DNA of 64,000 bases, taken from Eledone cirrhosa (taxonomy: Eukaryota). The stretch is from positions 124,001 through 188,000 of the forward strand of contig OZ024748.1 in NCBI GenBank assembly GCA_964016885.1, given 5' to 3'. Position 1 is the first letter of the stretch. Each line of letters starts with the position of its first letter. Shown one piece after another: positions 9,659 through 23,132 of this stretch. The translations under genes and the position numbers were made by a program. A model generated the notes under the pieces. The model saw only the letters and a list, made by a program, of their open reading frames with translations. It had not been told where the DNA came from and ran no database searches.

Positions 9659-11431
9659 TTGTTGAAGAAGAAACAGGGAGACAACAACTGGAATGTATAC
9701 AAAACAACTAAATCTCTTAAATAACTTCACTTATATCCAAAATATGATTTGTATATACATCAACAGTTACTCATTATTATACGCCAGTCACGACCCCACT
9801 GCAAAAACGATATCTATATAACAACCCCACCGTAAAACTACTCTTCCCCACTTTACAAACACTTTATATTATTTGTCATTAAGGTTTCTTAAAATAAATA
9901 TATATACGTATGTGTAGTAATTAGTACGGAGACTGAGAGAGAAGGGGCGAGTGTGTCTTCATGGAGGGCACATGGGACCAGCAAAGCCCTAAAAGTAGAG
10001 ACCAGTAAATGAGATAAGGTCCTAGCTATGTTAAGAATATAAATAAGAAACATGTTCTATACATTTAAGAAGACAAGAGAAACATGTTCTAAACATTTAA
10101 GAAATAATTATTTACCTCTTTCATGTCGGTAATATAGCGGTGTTATAAAACTAATTATAACGACCGGTGTTAAAATAGAGAGAGATAGACAGATAAATGT
10201 GTGTCACACTCTCACCCTCTCTTTAAATCTTTTACACTATCTTTACATCTTTTACTCTATCTCCCTCTTATTTCTATCTGTGTACATATATATGTGTATG
10301 TATGTATCTGTCTATGTGTAACTCGGTGTACTGGAGCAATATGAGGTGAAGTGTCTTGCTCAAGAAGACATTTTGTGGAGTTATATCATCGTTTCTTGTT
10401 ATAAAGCTACTTATACTACCGGCGTAACAGTGGCTATAGGTGATAGATGTAGAAATAAAAGGCTGTAACAGCGATATAAATATAGATGAAATAGTTTACC
10501 ACGAGACTAAGAATGAATGTTTAATGGAATTAAGTGTAATCTAATAGGAAATAAGAGGCTAGAGCAGCGAAATGTTTACGTAAAATAAAAGAACAACAAA
10601 CAAGAGTGCAACATTGAAATTTTTGTTTTATTTTCTCGATATAAGCGTTATTTTATGCGCGACTTGCCTTGCTGCCGGCGTTGCTCAGTCAGTAGCAGCC
10701 CCGCTTACGAAGTTCAGGAGCCAACGACTTTACATGGTTCGAATCTCACCCTCTCCGCTCTTGTCGAGTTATCTCCTACTCTTTTTACTTAGTTCCAGGT
10801 CATTTAAATAGAGCAAAGAGGTCGCGGCGATCGGCATATGCACTGGCTACAATGTTGAACTTTGGTACTGACTGCATAGTTGAACGTTCCACATACCAAC
10901 CGCCCAACTGGCCAGTCAACCGCAAATACGGCTGGCTGGCCGGTTGGGTAGTTGGCATATGTACTGACTGTCAAGTTGAACGTTCTAACCCTCTCTTCAC
11001 ATCTATTGCTCTATCTACCGCTTATTTCTCTCCCTCTCTTTACTTCTATAACTCTATCTCCCACTCTCTTTACATCTATTACACAGTGTCTCCCTGTATA
11101 TATACACGTATATATGCACTAGATTTTATAAGAAATCTACGTAATAATATAATTAACAATAGTTGATGAATTAGACCAGAGTTAATTAAACAATAAATAT
11201 GAATGAAATAGCAGTAGATGGCGAAACTTGAGTGTTGTGTGTGCATACATATATATGAGGTAAACTGGTTCAAATACTGTCAGGATTATATTGGATCAAA
11301 GACTGTATTAAATAGAAAGTAAAAAATGAAGTGAAAATATAAAAACAAACTGAAAATTTCCCCATCCCTAGAAAAATTCATATCTTGTTATATATAGATA
11401 ATTGGCGCTTTAAATTGAATAAATATTCATT

Positions 11432-11468
<37 letters not shown>

Positions 11469-11911
11469 GTACACTGATATATATGTGTGTGTATATATAT
11501 ATATATATGTATGTGTATATGTGTACATATGTATGTGTATATATATACTAATATATATATATATATATATCAACTTCATCATACGTCCGCTTTTCCATGC
11601 TTGCAAGGGTGGGGTGGGAGCTGATTCTGGATTGGTTTCTACAGCTGGGTGCCCTTCCTGACGCCAACCCAGTTTGCAGTGAGTGCTGGGTGCTTTTTTT
11701 GTTTCCGTGGCACCTCCACGTCAGCTTTACAGAGCGGGCTGGGTGCTTTTTTGCCGTGGCGCCTCCACGACCACTTTACGGTGGGGTGGTGGGGTGGTAT
11801 GTGTATACCCAGCCCATTGTCATTTCCCACCCAGAAAAGTTCATAGCACCGTTCTTTACCCACGATGAATCTAGCAGACCCACCCCTCCACCTGGTCTCT
11901 TGAATACAACA

Positions 11912-13033
11912 GTGGTTTCACTAAAATAAAAATTAAATTAAATTAAATTAAATTAATTATATTAGATAAATAGACATTGGGGTTCTCACCAAAGATTTTC
12001 AGTTATTTCTAAGAGATGTAAAAGGAAAATTAAAAAAAGATTAATAGGACACATTAGACATGTCTCCAAGCAAGAATTGAACTTACAGACAAGGATCTCA
12101 CCATCTCTGGTACTTCCCACTAAGCCACCAAGACTGCTACAAAGGTCTATTGAAAATTAATATTTATAAACCTACTTTCAAAATATAACTAATTTAATTA
12201 AAAATAAAATAAAATAAATAGACATTGGCGTTCTCACAAAACTTTTTCAGTTCTTTTTTCTAAGAAATGTCAAAGGAATATATATATATATATATTTTAT
12301 TTTTAATTTTATTTTGAAAGTAGGTTTATAAATATTAAATTTCAGTACATCTTTGTATCAGTCTCGGTAGCTTAGTGGGAAGTACCAGAGATGGTGAGAT
12401 CCTGTTCTGGGTGTTCAATCCTGGTCTGAGGGTTGAATTGGGGACTCAGGTTCAATCCTGGTCCATGAGATACATGTAAGGTGTCATGTTAATCTTTTAT
12501 AATTTTCTTTCTATATCTCTTTGAAAAAGAGAACCCCTATTTATTTAATTATATTGAATTTAATTTTTTATTTTAGTTAAATTGTCGAAAACACTGAAGA
12601 TCTAAAGGTTGAGGAGACAATATGTCTATTTTATCTGTCTCCTCTAACTTTAGATCACCAGTGGTTTTGACAATTTAACTAAAGTAAAATAAAATAAAAT
12701 AAATTAAATTATATTAGATAAATAGACATTGGGGTTCTCACCAAAGATTTTCAGTTTTTTCTGAGGAAAATTTAAAAAAAGATTAACAGGACACATTACA
12801 GCAATGATTGAACTCCCAGACCAGGATTGAACCTACAGACAAGGACCTCACCATCTCTGGTACTTCCCACTAAGCCGCCAAGACTGCTACAACGGTCTGC
12901 TGATAATTAATATCTATAAACCTAATTTCAAAATAAAATTAATGTTATTAATTTTATTTAAAAATAAAATAAAATAAATAAACATTGGGGTTCTCACAAA
13001 ACTTTTTCATTTTTTTTCTAAGAAATGTCAAAG

Positions 13034-13037
<4 letters not shown>
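11912..13037. repeat. Triple fold-back of a ~350-bp module containing a tRNA-like head (direct, inverted, direct)
   Basis: ctcaccatctctggtacttcccactaagc at ~12097 and ~12847, with its reverse complement at ~12370. The central palindrome 12571-12683 has a 16-nt spacer. Confidence 0.88.
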
Positions 13038-13070
<33 letters not shown>

Positions 13071-13073
<3 letters not shown>

Positions 13074-14995
13074 TCATCATCATCATCATCGTTTAACGTC
13101 CATATTCCACGCTTGCATGGGTTTGGACGGGAATTTTCCCACTTGAGGCAAGAGTGGTTGTCTTGCTCGCATAGGACTGTCTGGCGGGTTTTCTACAGCT
13201 GGATGCCCTTCCTAACACCAACCGCATTTACAGTGTGGGACTGGGAGGTTTTTACCGTGTTACCTACACGGCCACATTACTGCGTGGACTGTGTTTTTTT
13301 TTTTTGTCGTGACACCTACACGACCTCATTTGTTTCGGCCTGGATGTTGTGGCACCAACATAACTTTACAGTGAAAGGGGCGGTGTGGATGGGGTGGGGG
13401 TGTATTTTGTTAGAGGTGCCTACTGACTGTAGTAGGTTTTACTTTGTATCTAGGTAAGGCGGGTCTTCTCTATTACTGAGTACCGCCAAAGATCTCGGTC
13501 CAGTGACATTGTCTTGGAGAGGTGTAAGTGTGTGAGGTCGGAATTTATCAAGTCGTCCCAGGTTTTTCTGGGTCTGCCTACTCCGTGGCTACCGTCTATC
13601 TTTATTGCCCTGCATTTTTTTTATACAGCTGTCGTCTTTCATCCGCATCACGTGGACCATACCAACGTAGTCTTCTCTCGAGTACACAACATCTGATCCC
13701 TCTTATTTCTAATTTTTCCCTTAGTTCGTTTATGCTTTGCAGTTCACATATATTACTATTACACATCCAGCGAAGCATGCAAGCTTCGTTCCTCTCTAGT
13801 CTGCGTATATCCTCTGCACACAATGCCCAGGTCTCACTGCCATGCAACATTGCTGTTCATATGCAGGCATCATACAACCTGCCTTTCATTTTTAGGGAGA
13901 ACCCTTTAGCGGCTAATAGTGGTATAAGCTCTCTGAACTTTTTCCATCCAGTTCTGACTCTAGCTACTGTACTTTCAGAGCACCCTCCCCCACTGCTGAT
14001 TTTGTCACCCAGGTAACGGAAGCTGTCCACTATTTCTATAGAACCCTCTGCGCAATTGAAAGAGCTAGTATTTTGTGGGCACTTGCTGCTACTTATTGCA
14101 CCAGAGCACCGGCCACATGTAAAATCTATGTTCTTAGTTAGCTTACCTGTGATCCCACTACATCTTTTATGAACCCATACTTTGCATTTGGGACATAAAA
14201 TGGAGTTTCTACCTACGCCTTTCCTACACACTGAGCATGGCCATTTCCCGGAAGGGACCGGCGCCTTATTTTCTTTCCTACAAACTAGAACTTTAGTCTT
14301 AGCCAGGTTAATTTTAAGGCCTTCTGATTCTAGGCCTTGCTTCCATGTTTGGAATTTCTTCTCTAGCTCGGCCATCGATTCAGCTATGAGCGTTAGATCA
14401 TCTGCGTATAGGAGTTCCCATGGGCAGCCGGTCTTGAACTCCACTGTTATAGCCTGAAGGGCAATAATAAATAGTAGGGGGCTAAGGACGGAGCCCTGAT
14501 GAACACCAACTTTTACGCTAAACTCTTCACTATATTCGTTGTTAATTCTAACCTTGCTGACTGTTTCTTTATACATGGCTCGTATAGCTCTCACAAGCCA
14601 TTCCTCAACACCTAGTTTTCTAAGAGCCCACCAGATAATGGAACGGGGGACTCTGTCGAAGGCTTTCTCCAAGTCAACAAAAGCTAAGTATAGGGGTTTA
14701 CTTTTAACTAGGTACTTCTCCTGTAGTTGTCGTACAATGAAAAGAGCGTCTGTGGTACTTTTACCTGACACAAACCCGAACTGCATTTCATCTAGATCAA
14801 TTCTCTCTCTGATTAGTTGCGCTATTAGTTTTTCCGTGACCTTCATGACCTGGTCGATTAATTTAATGCCTCTATAGTTACTCCTATCTAGGGCATCTCC
14901 TTTACCCTTGTAACAGTTAATGATGATGCTGCTACGCCAGTCCTTCAGAACAACCCCATTCTGTATGACTTGGTTTACTATCCGGGTGACCATTA
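13071..14995 (-). mobile_element. 5'-truncated RTE-clade LINE (RT with Cys/His finger insert, 3' UTR, (GAT)n tail), inactivated
   Basis: YKGKGDALDRSNYRGIKL, QFGF, DLEKAFDRVPR, GVHQGSVLSPLLF, LLYADDL, FRYLG, MLHGSETW, RRLRWYG. In-frame TGA at 13857-13859, later frameshifts, natural stop at ~13450, (CAT)n at 13071-13089. Confidence 0.93.
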
Positions 14996-15461
14996 CGTGT
15001 ATACATCTGAAAATGTATATATGTATGCAAAGATATAAGTAAACATACATGTATACATATAGATGGACAGTTATGCATATACAATAACTTATTTCTATAC
15101 ATACATATACCACAAGTAAGGCATGGTGCTGCCAACTAACCAGACCTCCCTCATAATGGACCAGCTAGATCCCAAAATACAGGCCTGCTTGCCAACACAC
15201 AGTCCCAATAAGTGTAAGTTACAGCGCAGCTATCTGGACAGACTTGTCTTAAGACTACACACTATCCCACTACATCTTTTGTATACTATATATATACTGT
15301 TTATATATATATATACTATATATATATATACTGTTTATATATATATATACTATATATATATATACTGTTTATATATATATACACACATATAATTGTGTAT
15401 TCACACATTATCTTAGTAATGAAATAATTAATAATTTTAGTAAATTGTTCAAAATTCTTCA

Positions 15462-15700
15462 TTAACCCTTTTGGTAGAAACCCAGCCAAAATTAGTTCTC
15501 GTACTATGGAAATGGTTCCTATCTAAATTAAAGTCTTCCAACAAAATTCTATATAACAACCATATGGTAAGTTACTATGTTAGTAATTAACTAACAATTG
15601 TGATAAATAGCTCAAAATTATTCATAATTAATTGAATTATAAGGTTCATAATTATAATAAAATCTTCAAATAGGCTACGAAACCGGTAAACCTGAAAGGT
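15462..15700. mobile_element. Possible degenerate TTAA-type (piggyBac-like) MITE remnant
   Basis: Begins TTAA-CCCTTT and ends ...ctgaaaggt; related AT-rich pieces lie at 15413-15465 and 17000-17167. The right terminus is imperfect. Confidence 0.3.
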
Positions 15701-15760
15701 ACACAACACACACACATTGCTATAGCGTTTCACCAGCCCCTTCCTTCCTGAATTATTACA

Positions 15761-16803
15761 GAGATGTGTGTGTATGTAATAATTATTTGTATAATGTGTG
15801 TCTATTTATGAATATGTATGAGTAGATGTGTGTGTGTGTATCACAGTAGATGTGTATGTAACACGGTAGATGTGTATATGTAACAGAGTAGATGTGTGTT
15901 TGCATGTAACTCAGTATATGTGTATGTAACTCAGTAGATGTGTGTGTGTAACACGGTAGATGTGTGTGTGTAACACGGTAGATGTGTGTGTGTAACACGG
16001 TAGATGTGTGTGTGTGTAACACGGCAGATGTGTGTGTGTAACACGGTAGATGTGTGTATGTAACAGTAGATGTGTATGTATGTAACACAGTAGATGTGTA
16101 TGTATGTAACACAGTAGATGTGTGTATGTAACACAGTACATGTGTGTGTATGTAACTCAGTAGATGTGTGTGTATGTAACTCAGTAGATGTGTGTATGTA
16201 ACACAGTAGATTGTGTGTATGTAACATAGAAGATGTGTGTAACACAGTAGATGTGTGTGTATGTAACACAGTAGATCTGTGTGTATGTAACTCAGTAGAT
16301 GTGTGTGTATGTAACACAGGTGTGTGTATGTAACACAGTAGATGTGTGTATGTAACACAGTACATGTGTGTGTATGTAACTCAGTAGATGTGTGTGTATG
16401 TAACTCAGTAGATGTGTGTATGTAACACAGTAGATTGTGTGTATGTAACATAGAAGATGTGTGTAACACAGTAGATGTGTGTGTATGTAACACAGTAGAT
16501 CTGTGTGTATGTAACTCAGTAGATGTGTGTGTATGTAACACAGGTGTGTGTATGTAACACAGTAGATGTGTGTATGTAACATAGTAGATGTGTGTATGTA
16601 ACACAGAAGATGTGTGTGTATGTAACACAGTAGATGTGTGTGTATGTAACTCAGTAGATGTGTGTGTATGTAACACAGTAGATGTGTGTGTAACACAGTA
16701 GATGTGTATGTAACGCAGTAGATGTGTGTGTATATAACCCAGTTGATGTGTGTGTATGTAACACAGTAGATGTGTGTATGTAACATAGTATATGTGTATG
16801 TAA
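15761..16803. repeat. Minisatellite, ~20-24-bp unit GTAACACAGTAGAT(GT)n(AT)
   Basis: Dozens of tandem units with variable (GT)n; contains a 224-bp higher-order duplication. Confidence 0.93.
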
Positions 16804-17742
16804 CTAAAGTGTAACGTACGTTACAAATGGACGACAAAATGATTTTAACTTGTTTTTTAACAATTGATGGTGGAAAAGATTTTAAATTGTCTTAACTCAG
16901 ACCATAAAGGGCCGCAACACATGGAGTCTGACACTCTTACCGGCTACATAGCCTGGGCGTCTATTTTACCGCGACCGGCTACATAGCATCTTCCTAAAAT
17001 CTTCCAACATAATTTTATACAAGAACCACATGTTAAGTTACTAATAAAATAATTAATAAATAAAAACATTAGTAAGTCCTTCAAATGATATCTCAGTAAT
17101 GAAATAATTAATAATTGTTATAAATACCTCAAAATTTCTCATTAATTAAACCTCATTAATTAATTAAGCCGCTGAAAAGTGCAACAGATGCCCTCTTCTT
17201 AGTGAGACAACTACAAAAGAGGTTCTTAGAGAAAAATAAGCCACTATACTTAGCTTTGGACATAGAGAAGGCTTTTGATAGAGAACTCTTATAAATGACA
17301 ACATATATATATGTGTGTGTATATATATGTTTTTTTTAAAACTATATATTTATTACTCCCTTAAGCAGAAGAAATATATTCCCAGATATCGAAGATTACC
17401 ACAATAACTAGGGAGCGGAAATCAATATATGCTGGACATTGCTGCTGAGGGTAGGATGACCTGATGAGCTGGCTCCTGTGGTGGATACCTAAACATAGTA
17501 AGACCCTAGTGGGATGACTGAGGTTCACCTACATACATCAGATGTCTCTGGATCTCCAGCTGGAGATTAATGATCTCAGGAATGCCATGAAAAATCGTGA
17601 CATCTAAAAAAGAAGAGTAGAATTGTTCTGGCCAATCCACCTGACCTAATAAACAATAATAATATTAATATATATTGATGAAAATTAATTATGGTGAAAT
17701 ATCTTAGAAATCATTCTCAGAGGTTTTGTATTGTAATCCACA

Positions 17743-19740
17743 CTTGCTCCTTGTGGCTTCTGATGCAGACATCATGTCCGCCATCAGGTCCTTCCCAGCT
17801 AGCAGCTGCGGAGATGTTGATGGTCTCTGACCAGGCCTCCTCAAGGAGTTGATATCTCCCCTCTCCGCTGAGGCCGGGCGCGGCCTTCTGAGTGCAATTG
17901 TGGCGCTCACCAATAGGCTCATCCATGGCGCCCTGGACTCTTATGCTCGAGGCCTCTTTTTTTCGGCCAGCCTCACCGCTCGCAGGAAGAAAGAGGATGG
18001 CATACGCCCCATTGCTGTGGGCAATGTCTTCCGGAGGCTGGCTGCCAAGGTAATCTGCAAGTCCGTAACACTCGGAACCGGCATCCAGGGCCTCCAGCCA
18101 CCTCATTGTCAAGTTTGACATGAGGAATGCCTTCAACTCTTTACGCTGGGATCATCTGCTCGAGGCCTGCCTCAGCCGAGCCCCCTCTGCCTACCTGTCA
18201 TATGGAGCCCCAAGCATGCGCCATGCTGCTGATACGGTCATACCCTTGGCTACTGGGATCCAACAGGGCAACCCTTTGGGACCCCTCCTGTTCACCCTTG
18301 GTATTGACCACATCGCCTGGAGTATAACAGCCCCTCTCAACGTTTGGTATCTGGATGATGCTACTTTGGGTGGGCCCGTACAGGCGGTCTGCCATGACCT
18401 TCAATCGGTGGTTCCTGCCCTGGCGGGAATCGACCTCCAGGTCAACTCAGCCAAGTCGGAGGTGGTGAATGTCAGCCTCGATGCTGCAAGCTTTGCAGTC
18501 TCCGTCTTGGACGTGCGGTCCATTCTCCGCCAGGTTCAGGTGACCCCCAAAGAGGATGCCCTCACCGATCCACCCGCCGGCCATCCGCTCCTCCATCAAG
18601 TCCAGACTCTCACGAGCCGACTGGGCTTGATTGATGCCCACCCAGTTCTCTTTCTGCTGAGGAACTGCTACGCCATGCCGAAGCTCCTCTATACACTCTG
18701 TGCTACACCTAAACTTGTATCCGAGCAGCAGCCGATGAGATATGCAACTTTACCTGTCAGGTATGGCGGCCTTCGCCTCCAGTCCCCGATCTCACTAGCT
18801 TTGCCGGCATATCTTTCGTCGGTAACCTCGTACCACGTCCTCCTCAGCAGGGTTCTTCAAAACACAACAGAACCCTCTGTGTTCAGAGAACGCGTCGCCG
18901 CCTGTGAGACGTGGGACCGGCTGGGACTTAGCCCAGTAGACGTTCCTCCTCCTTCTCCCCCTGTTGACGTCAAGTCCCCCCCAACACACTTGGGATGCCA
19001 TCCAGTGCAGCCTGGCCTCAGACAGGCTCACGCGCCAGCTCGACCAGCACCGCCTTGTTTGTTTTCGTGCAGCCTCCAAACCCCACAGTGGGGCCTGGCT
19101 CCATGCCCTGCCCTCCTTCTCCACTCGCACGCAGCTAGACAACAATAGCTTGCGCATCGGCGTTTCCCTGAGGCTCGGCCTCTCACCAATGTCGCTGCCG
19201 TTCCACCATGGACTCTTTCGGCCTCCACCCGCTTTCCTGTCGCCACAGTGCCAGCCGCAATCCACGCCATGCTGCCCTCAACGAAGTCATTAAGCATGGC
19301 TTGGACGCTGCAGGCTTCCCTTCCCAGCTCGAGGGGACGGCAAAAGGCTAGATGGCATGACCATCTTCCCGTTCCGCGGTGGCAAACCCCTCGTCTGGGA
19401 TGCCACTTGCACCGACACTTTCTGCAGCCGCAACCTGGTGCAGTCTGCGACTGGCCCAGGTTCTGCTGCACGTCAGGCTGAGGGGGCCAAACTCCTCACA
19501 TATCGTTCACTCTCCGACAGGTTTGCGGTCGTACCCCTGGAAGTGGAGACTTCTGGTGTCCTCGGCCCCAGGGCTACCTCCTTACTCACCACCATAGGCG
19601 CTGAGCTGGCCAGCCGCAGGTGTGAGCCCCGCGAGTTGGAGTGGCTTTTCCAGCGCGTCTCCCTTGCCGTGTTCCGGGGAAACGCCTTCTCCATTCTGTC
19701 CGCCGGGGCTGTGGGTGGGTCCCATCGCGTACCGTTATGA
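17743..19740 (+). mobile_element. Degenerate CRE-clade retrotransposon, copy 3
   Basis: ORF fragments 17849-18118, 18120-19148 and 19357-19740 carry RT and RLE motifs. Confidence 0.88.
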
Positions 19741-21492
19741 ATGTATACAAAACAACTAAATCTCTTAAATAACTTCACTTATATCCAAAACATGATTTGT
19801 ATATACATCAACAGTGACTCATTATTATACGCCAGTCACGACCCCACTGCAAAAACGATATCTATATAACAACCCCACCGTAAAACTACTCTTCCCCACT
19901 TTACAAACACTTTATATTATTTGTCATTAAGGTTTCTTAAAATAAATATATATACGTATGTGTAGTAATTAGTACGGAGACTGAGAGAGAAGGGGCGAGT
20001 GTGTCTTCATGGAGGGCACATGGGACCAGCAAAGCCCTAAAAGTAGAGACCAGTAAATGAGATAAGGTCCTCGCTATGTTAAGAATATAAATAAGAAACA
20101 TGTTCTATACATTTAAGAAGACAAGAGAAACATGTTCTAAACATTTAAGAAATAATTATTTACCTCTTTCATGTCGGTAATATAGCGGTGTTATAAAACT
20201 AATTATAACGACCGGTGTTAAAATAGAGAGAGATAGACAGATAAATGTGTGTCACACTCTCACCCTCTCTTTAAATCTTTTACACTATCTAACTCGTACT
20301 TCTCACACTCTCTTTAAATCTTTTACTCTATCTACCTCTCATTTCTATCTGTGTATGTATGTATGTATCTGTCTATGTGTAACTCGGTGTACTGGAGCAA
20401 TATGAAGTGAAGTGTCTTGCTCAAGAAGACATTTTGTGGAGTTATATCATCGTTTCTTGTTATAAAGCTACTTATACTACCGGCGTAACAGTGGCTATAG
20501 GTGATAGATGTAGAAATAAAAGGCTGTAACAGCGATATAAATATAGATGAAATAGTTTACCACGAGACTAAGAATGAATGTTTAATGGAATTAAGTGTAA
20601 TCTAATAGGAAATAAGAGGCTAGAGCAGCGAAATGTTTACGTAAAATAAAAGAACAACAAACAAGAGTGCAACATTGAAATTTTTGTTTTTTTTTGTCGA
20701 TATAAGCGTTATTTTATGCGCGATTTGCCTTGCTGCCGGCGCTGCTCAGTCAGTAGCAGCTCCGCTTACGAACTTCAGGAGCCAACGACTTTACATGGTT
20801 CGAATCTCACCCTCTCCGCTCTTGTCGAGTTATCTCCTACTCTTTTTACTTAGTTCCAGGTCATTTAAATAGAGCAAAGAGGTCGCGGCGATCGGCATAT
20901 GCACTGGCTACAATGTTGAACTTTGGTACTGACTGCATAGTTGAACGTTCCACATACCAACCGCCCAACTGGCCAGTCAACCGCAAATACGGCTGGCTGG
21001 CCGGTTGGGTAGTTGGCATATGTACTGACTGTCAAGTTGAACGTTCTAACCCTCTCTTCACATCTATTGCTCTATCTACCGCTTATTTCTCTCCCTCTCT
21101 TTACTTCTATAACTCTATCTCCCACTCTCTTTACATCTATTACACAGTGTCTCCCTGTATATATACACGTATATATGCACTAGATTTTATAAGAAATCTA
21201 CGTAATAATATAATTAACAATAGTTGATGAATTAGACCAGAGTTAATTAAACAATAAATATGAATGAAATAGCAGTAGATGGCGAAACTTGAGTGTTGTG
21301 TGTGCATACATATATATGAGGTAAACTGGTTCAAATACTGTCAGGATTATATTGGATCAAAGACTGTATTAAATAGAAAGTAAAAAATGAAGTGAAAATA
21401 TAAAAACAAACTGAAAATTTCCCCATCCCTAGAAAAATTCATATCTTGTTATATATAGATAATTGGCGCTTTAAATTGAATAAATATTCATT

Positions 21493-21527
<35 letters not shown>

Positions 21528-21970
21528 GTACACTGATATATATGTGTGTGTATATATATATATATATGTATGTGTATATGTGTACATATGTATGTGTATA
21601 TATATACTAATATATATATATATATATATCAACTTCATCATACGTCCGCTTTTCCATGCTTGCAAGGGTGGGGTGGGAGCTGATTCTGGATTGGTTTCTA
21701 CAGCTGGGTGCCCTTCCTGACGCCAACCCAGTTTGCAGTGAGTGCTGGGTGCTTTTTTTGTTTCCGTGGCACCTCCACGTCAGCTTTACAGAGCGGGCTG
21801 GGTGCTTTTTTGCCGTGGCGCCTCCACGACCACTTTACGGTGGGGTGGTGGGGTGGTATGTGTATACCCAGCCCATTGTCATTTCCCACCCAGAAAAGTT
21901 CATAGCACCGTTCTTTACCCACGATGAATCTAGCAGACCCACCCCTCCACCTGGTCTCTTGAATACAACA

Positions 21971-23092
21971 GTGGTTTCACTAAAATAAAAATTAAATTAA
22001 ATTAAATTAAATTAATTATATTAGATAAATAGACATTGGGGTTCTCACCAAAGATTTTCAGTTATTTCTAAGAGATGTAAAAGGAAAATTAAAAAAAGAT
22101 TAATAGGACACATTAGACATGTCTCCAAGCAAGAATTGAACTTACAGACAAGGATCTCACCATCTCTGGTACTTCCCACTAAGCCACCAAGACTGCTACA
22201 AAGGTCTATTGAAAATTAATATTTATAAACCTACTTTCAAAATATAACTAATTTAATTAAAAATAAAATAAAATAAATAGACATTGGCGTTCTCACAAAA
22301 CTTTTTCAGTTCTTTTTTCTAAGAAATGTCAAAGGAATATATATATATATATATTTTATTTTTAATTTTATTTTGAAAGTAGGTTTATAAATATTAAATT
22401 TCAGTACATCTTTGTATCAGTCTCGGTAGCTTAGTGGGAAGTACCAGAGATGGTGAGATCCTGTTCTGGGTGTTCAATCCTGGTCTGAGGGTTGAATTGG
22501 GGACTCAGGTTCAATCCTGGTCCATGAGATACATGTAAGGTGTCATGTTAATCTTTTATAATTTTCTTTCTATATCTCTTTGAAAAAGAGAACCCCTATT
22601 TATTTAATTATATTGAATTTAATTTTTTATTTTAGTTAAATTGTCGAAAACACTGAAGATCTAAAGGTTGAGGAGACAATATGTCTATTTTATCTGTCTC
22701 CTCTAACTTTAGATCACCAGTGGTTTTGACAATTTAACTAAAGTAAAATAAAATAAAATAAATTAAATTATATTAGATAAATAGACATTGGGGTTCTCAC
22801 CAAAGATTTTCAGTTTTTTCTGAGGAAAATTTAAAAAAAGATTAACAGGACACATTACAGCAATGATTGAACTCCCAGACCAGGATTGAACCTACAGACA
22901 AGGACCTCACCATCTCTGGTACTTCCCACTAAGCCGCCAAGACTGCTACAACGGTCTGCTGATAATTAATATTTATAAACCTAATTTCAAAATAAAATTA
23001 ATGTTATTAATTTTATTTAAAAATAAAATAAAATAAATAAACATTGGGGTTCTCACAAAACTTTTTCATTTTTTTTCTAAGAAATGTCAAAG

Positions 23093-23096
<4 letters not shown>
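21971..23096. repeat. Triple fold-back, copy 2
   Basis: Near-identical to 11912-13037 at offset 10059. Confidence 0.88.

Positions 23097-23129
<33 letters not shown>

Positions 23130-23132
<3 letters not shown>

Noticed and set aside
15783-16837. H/T/Y-rich ORFs, or a CRISPR-like array
   Set aside because: A minisatellite: the intervening sequences are (GT)n rather than unique spacers, there are no cas genes, and the context is eukaryotic.
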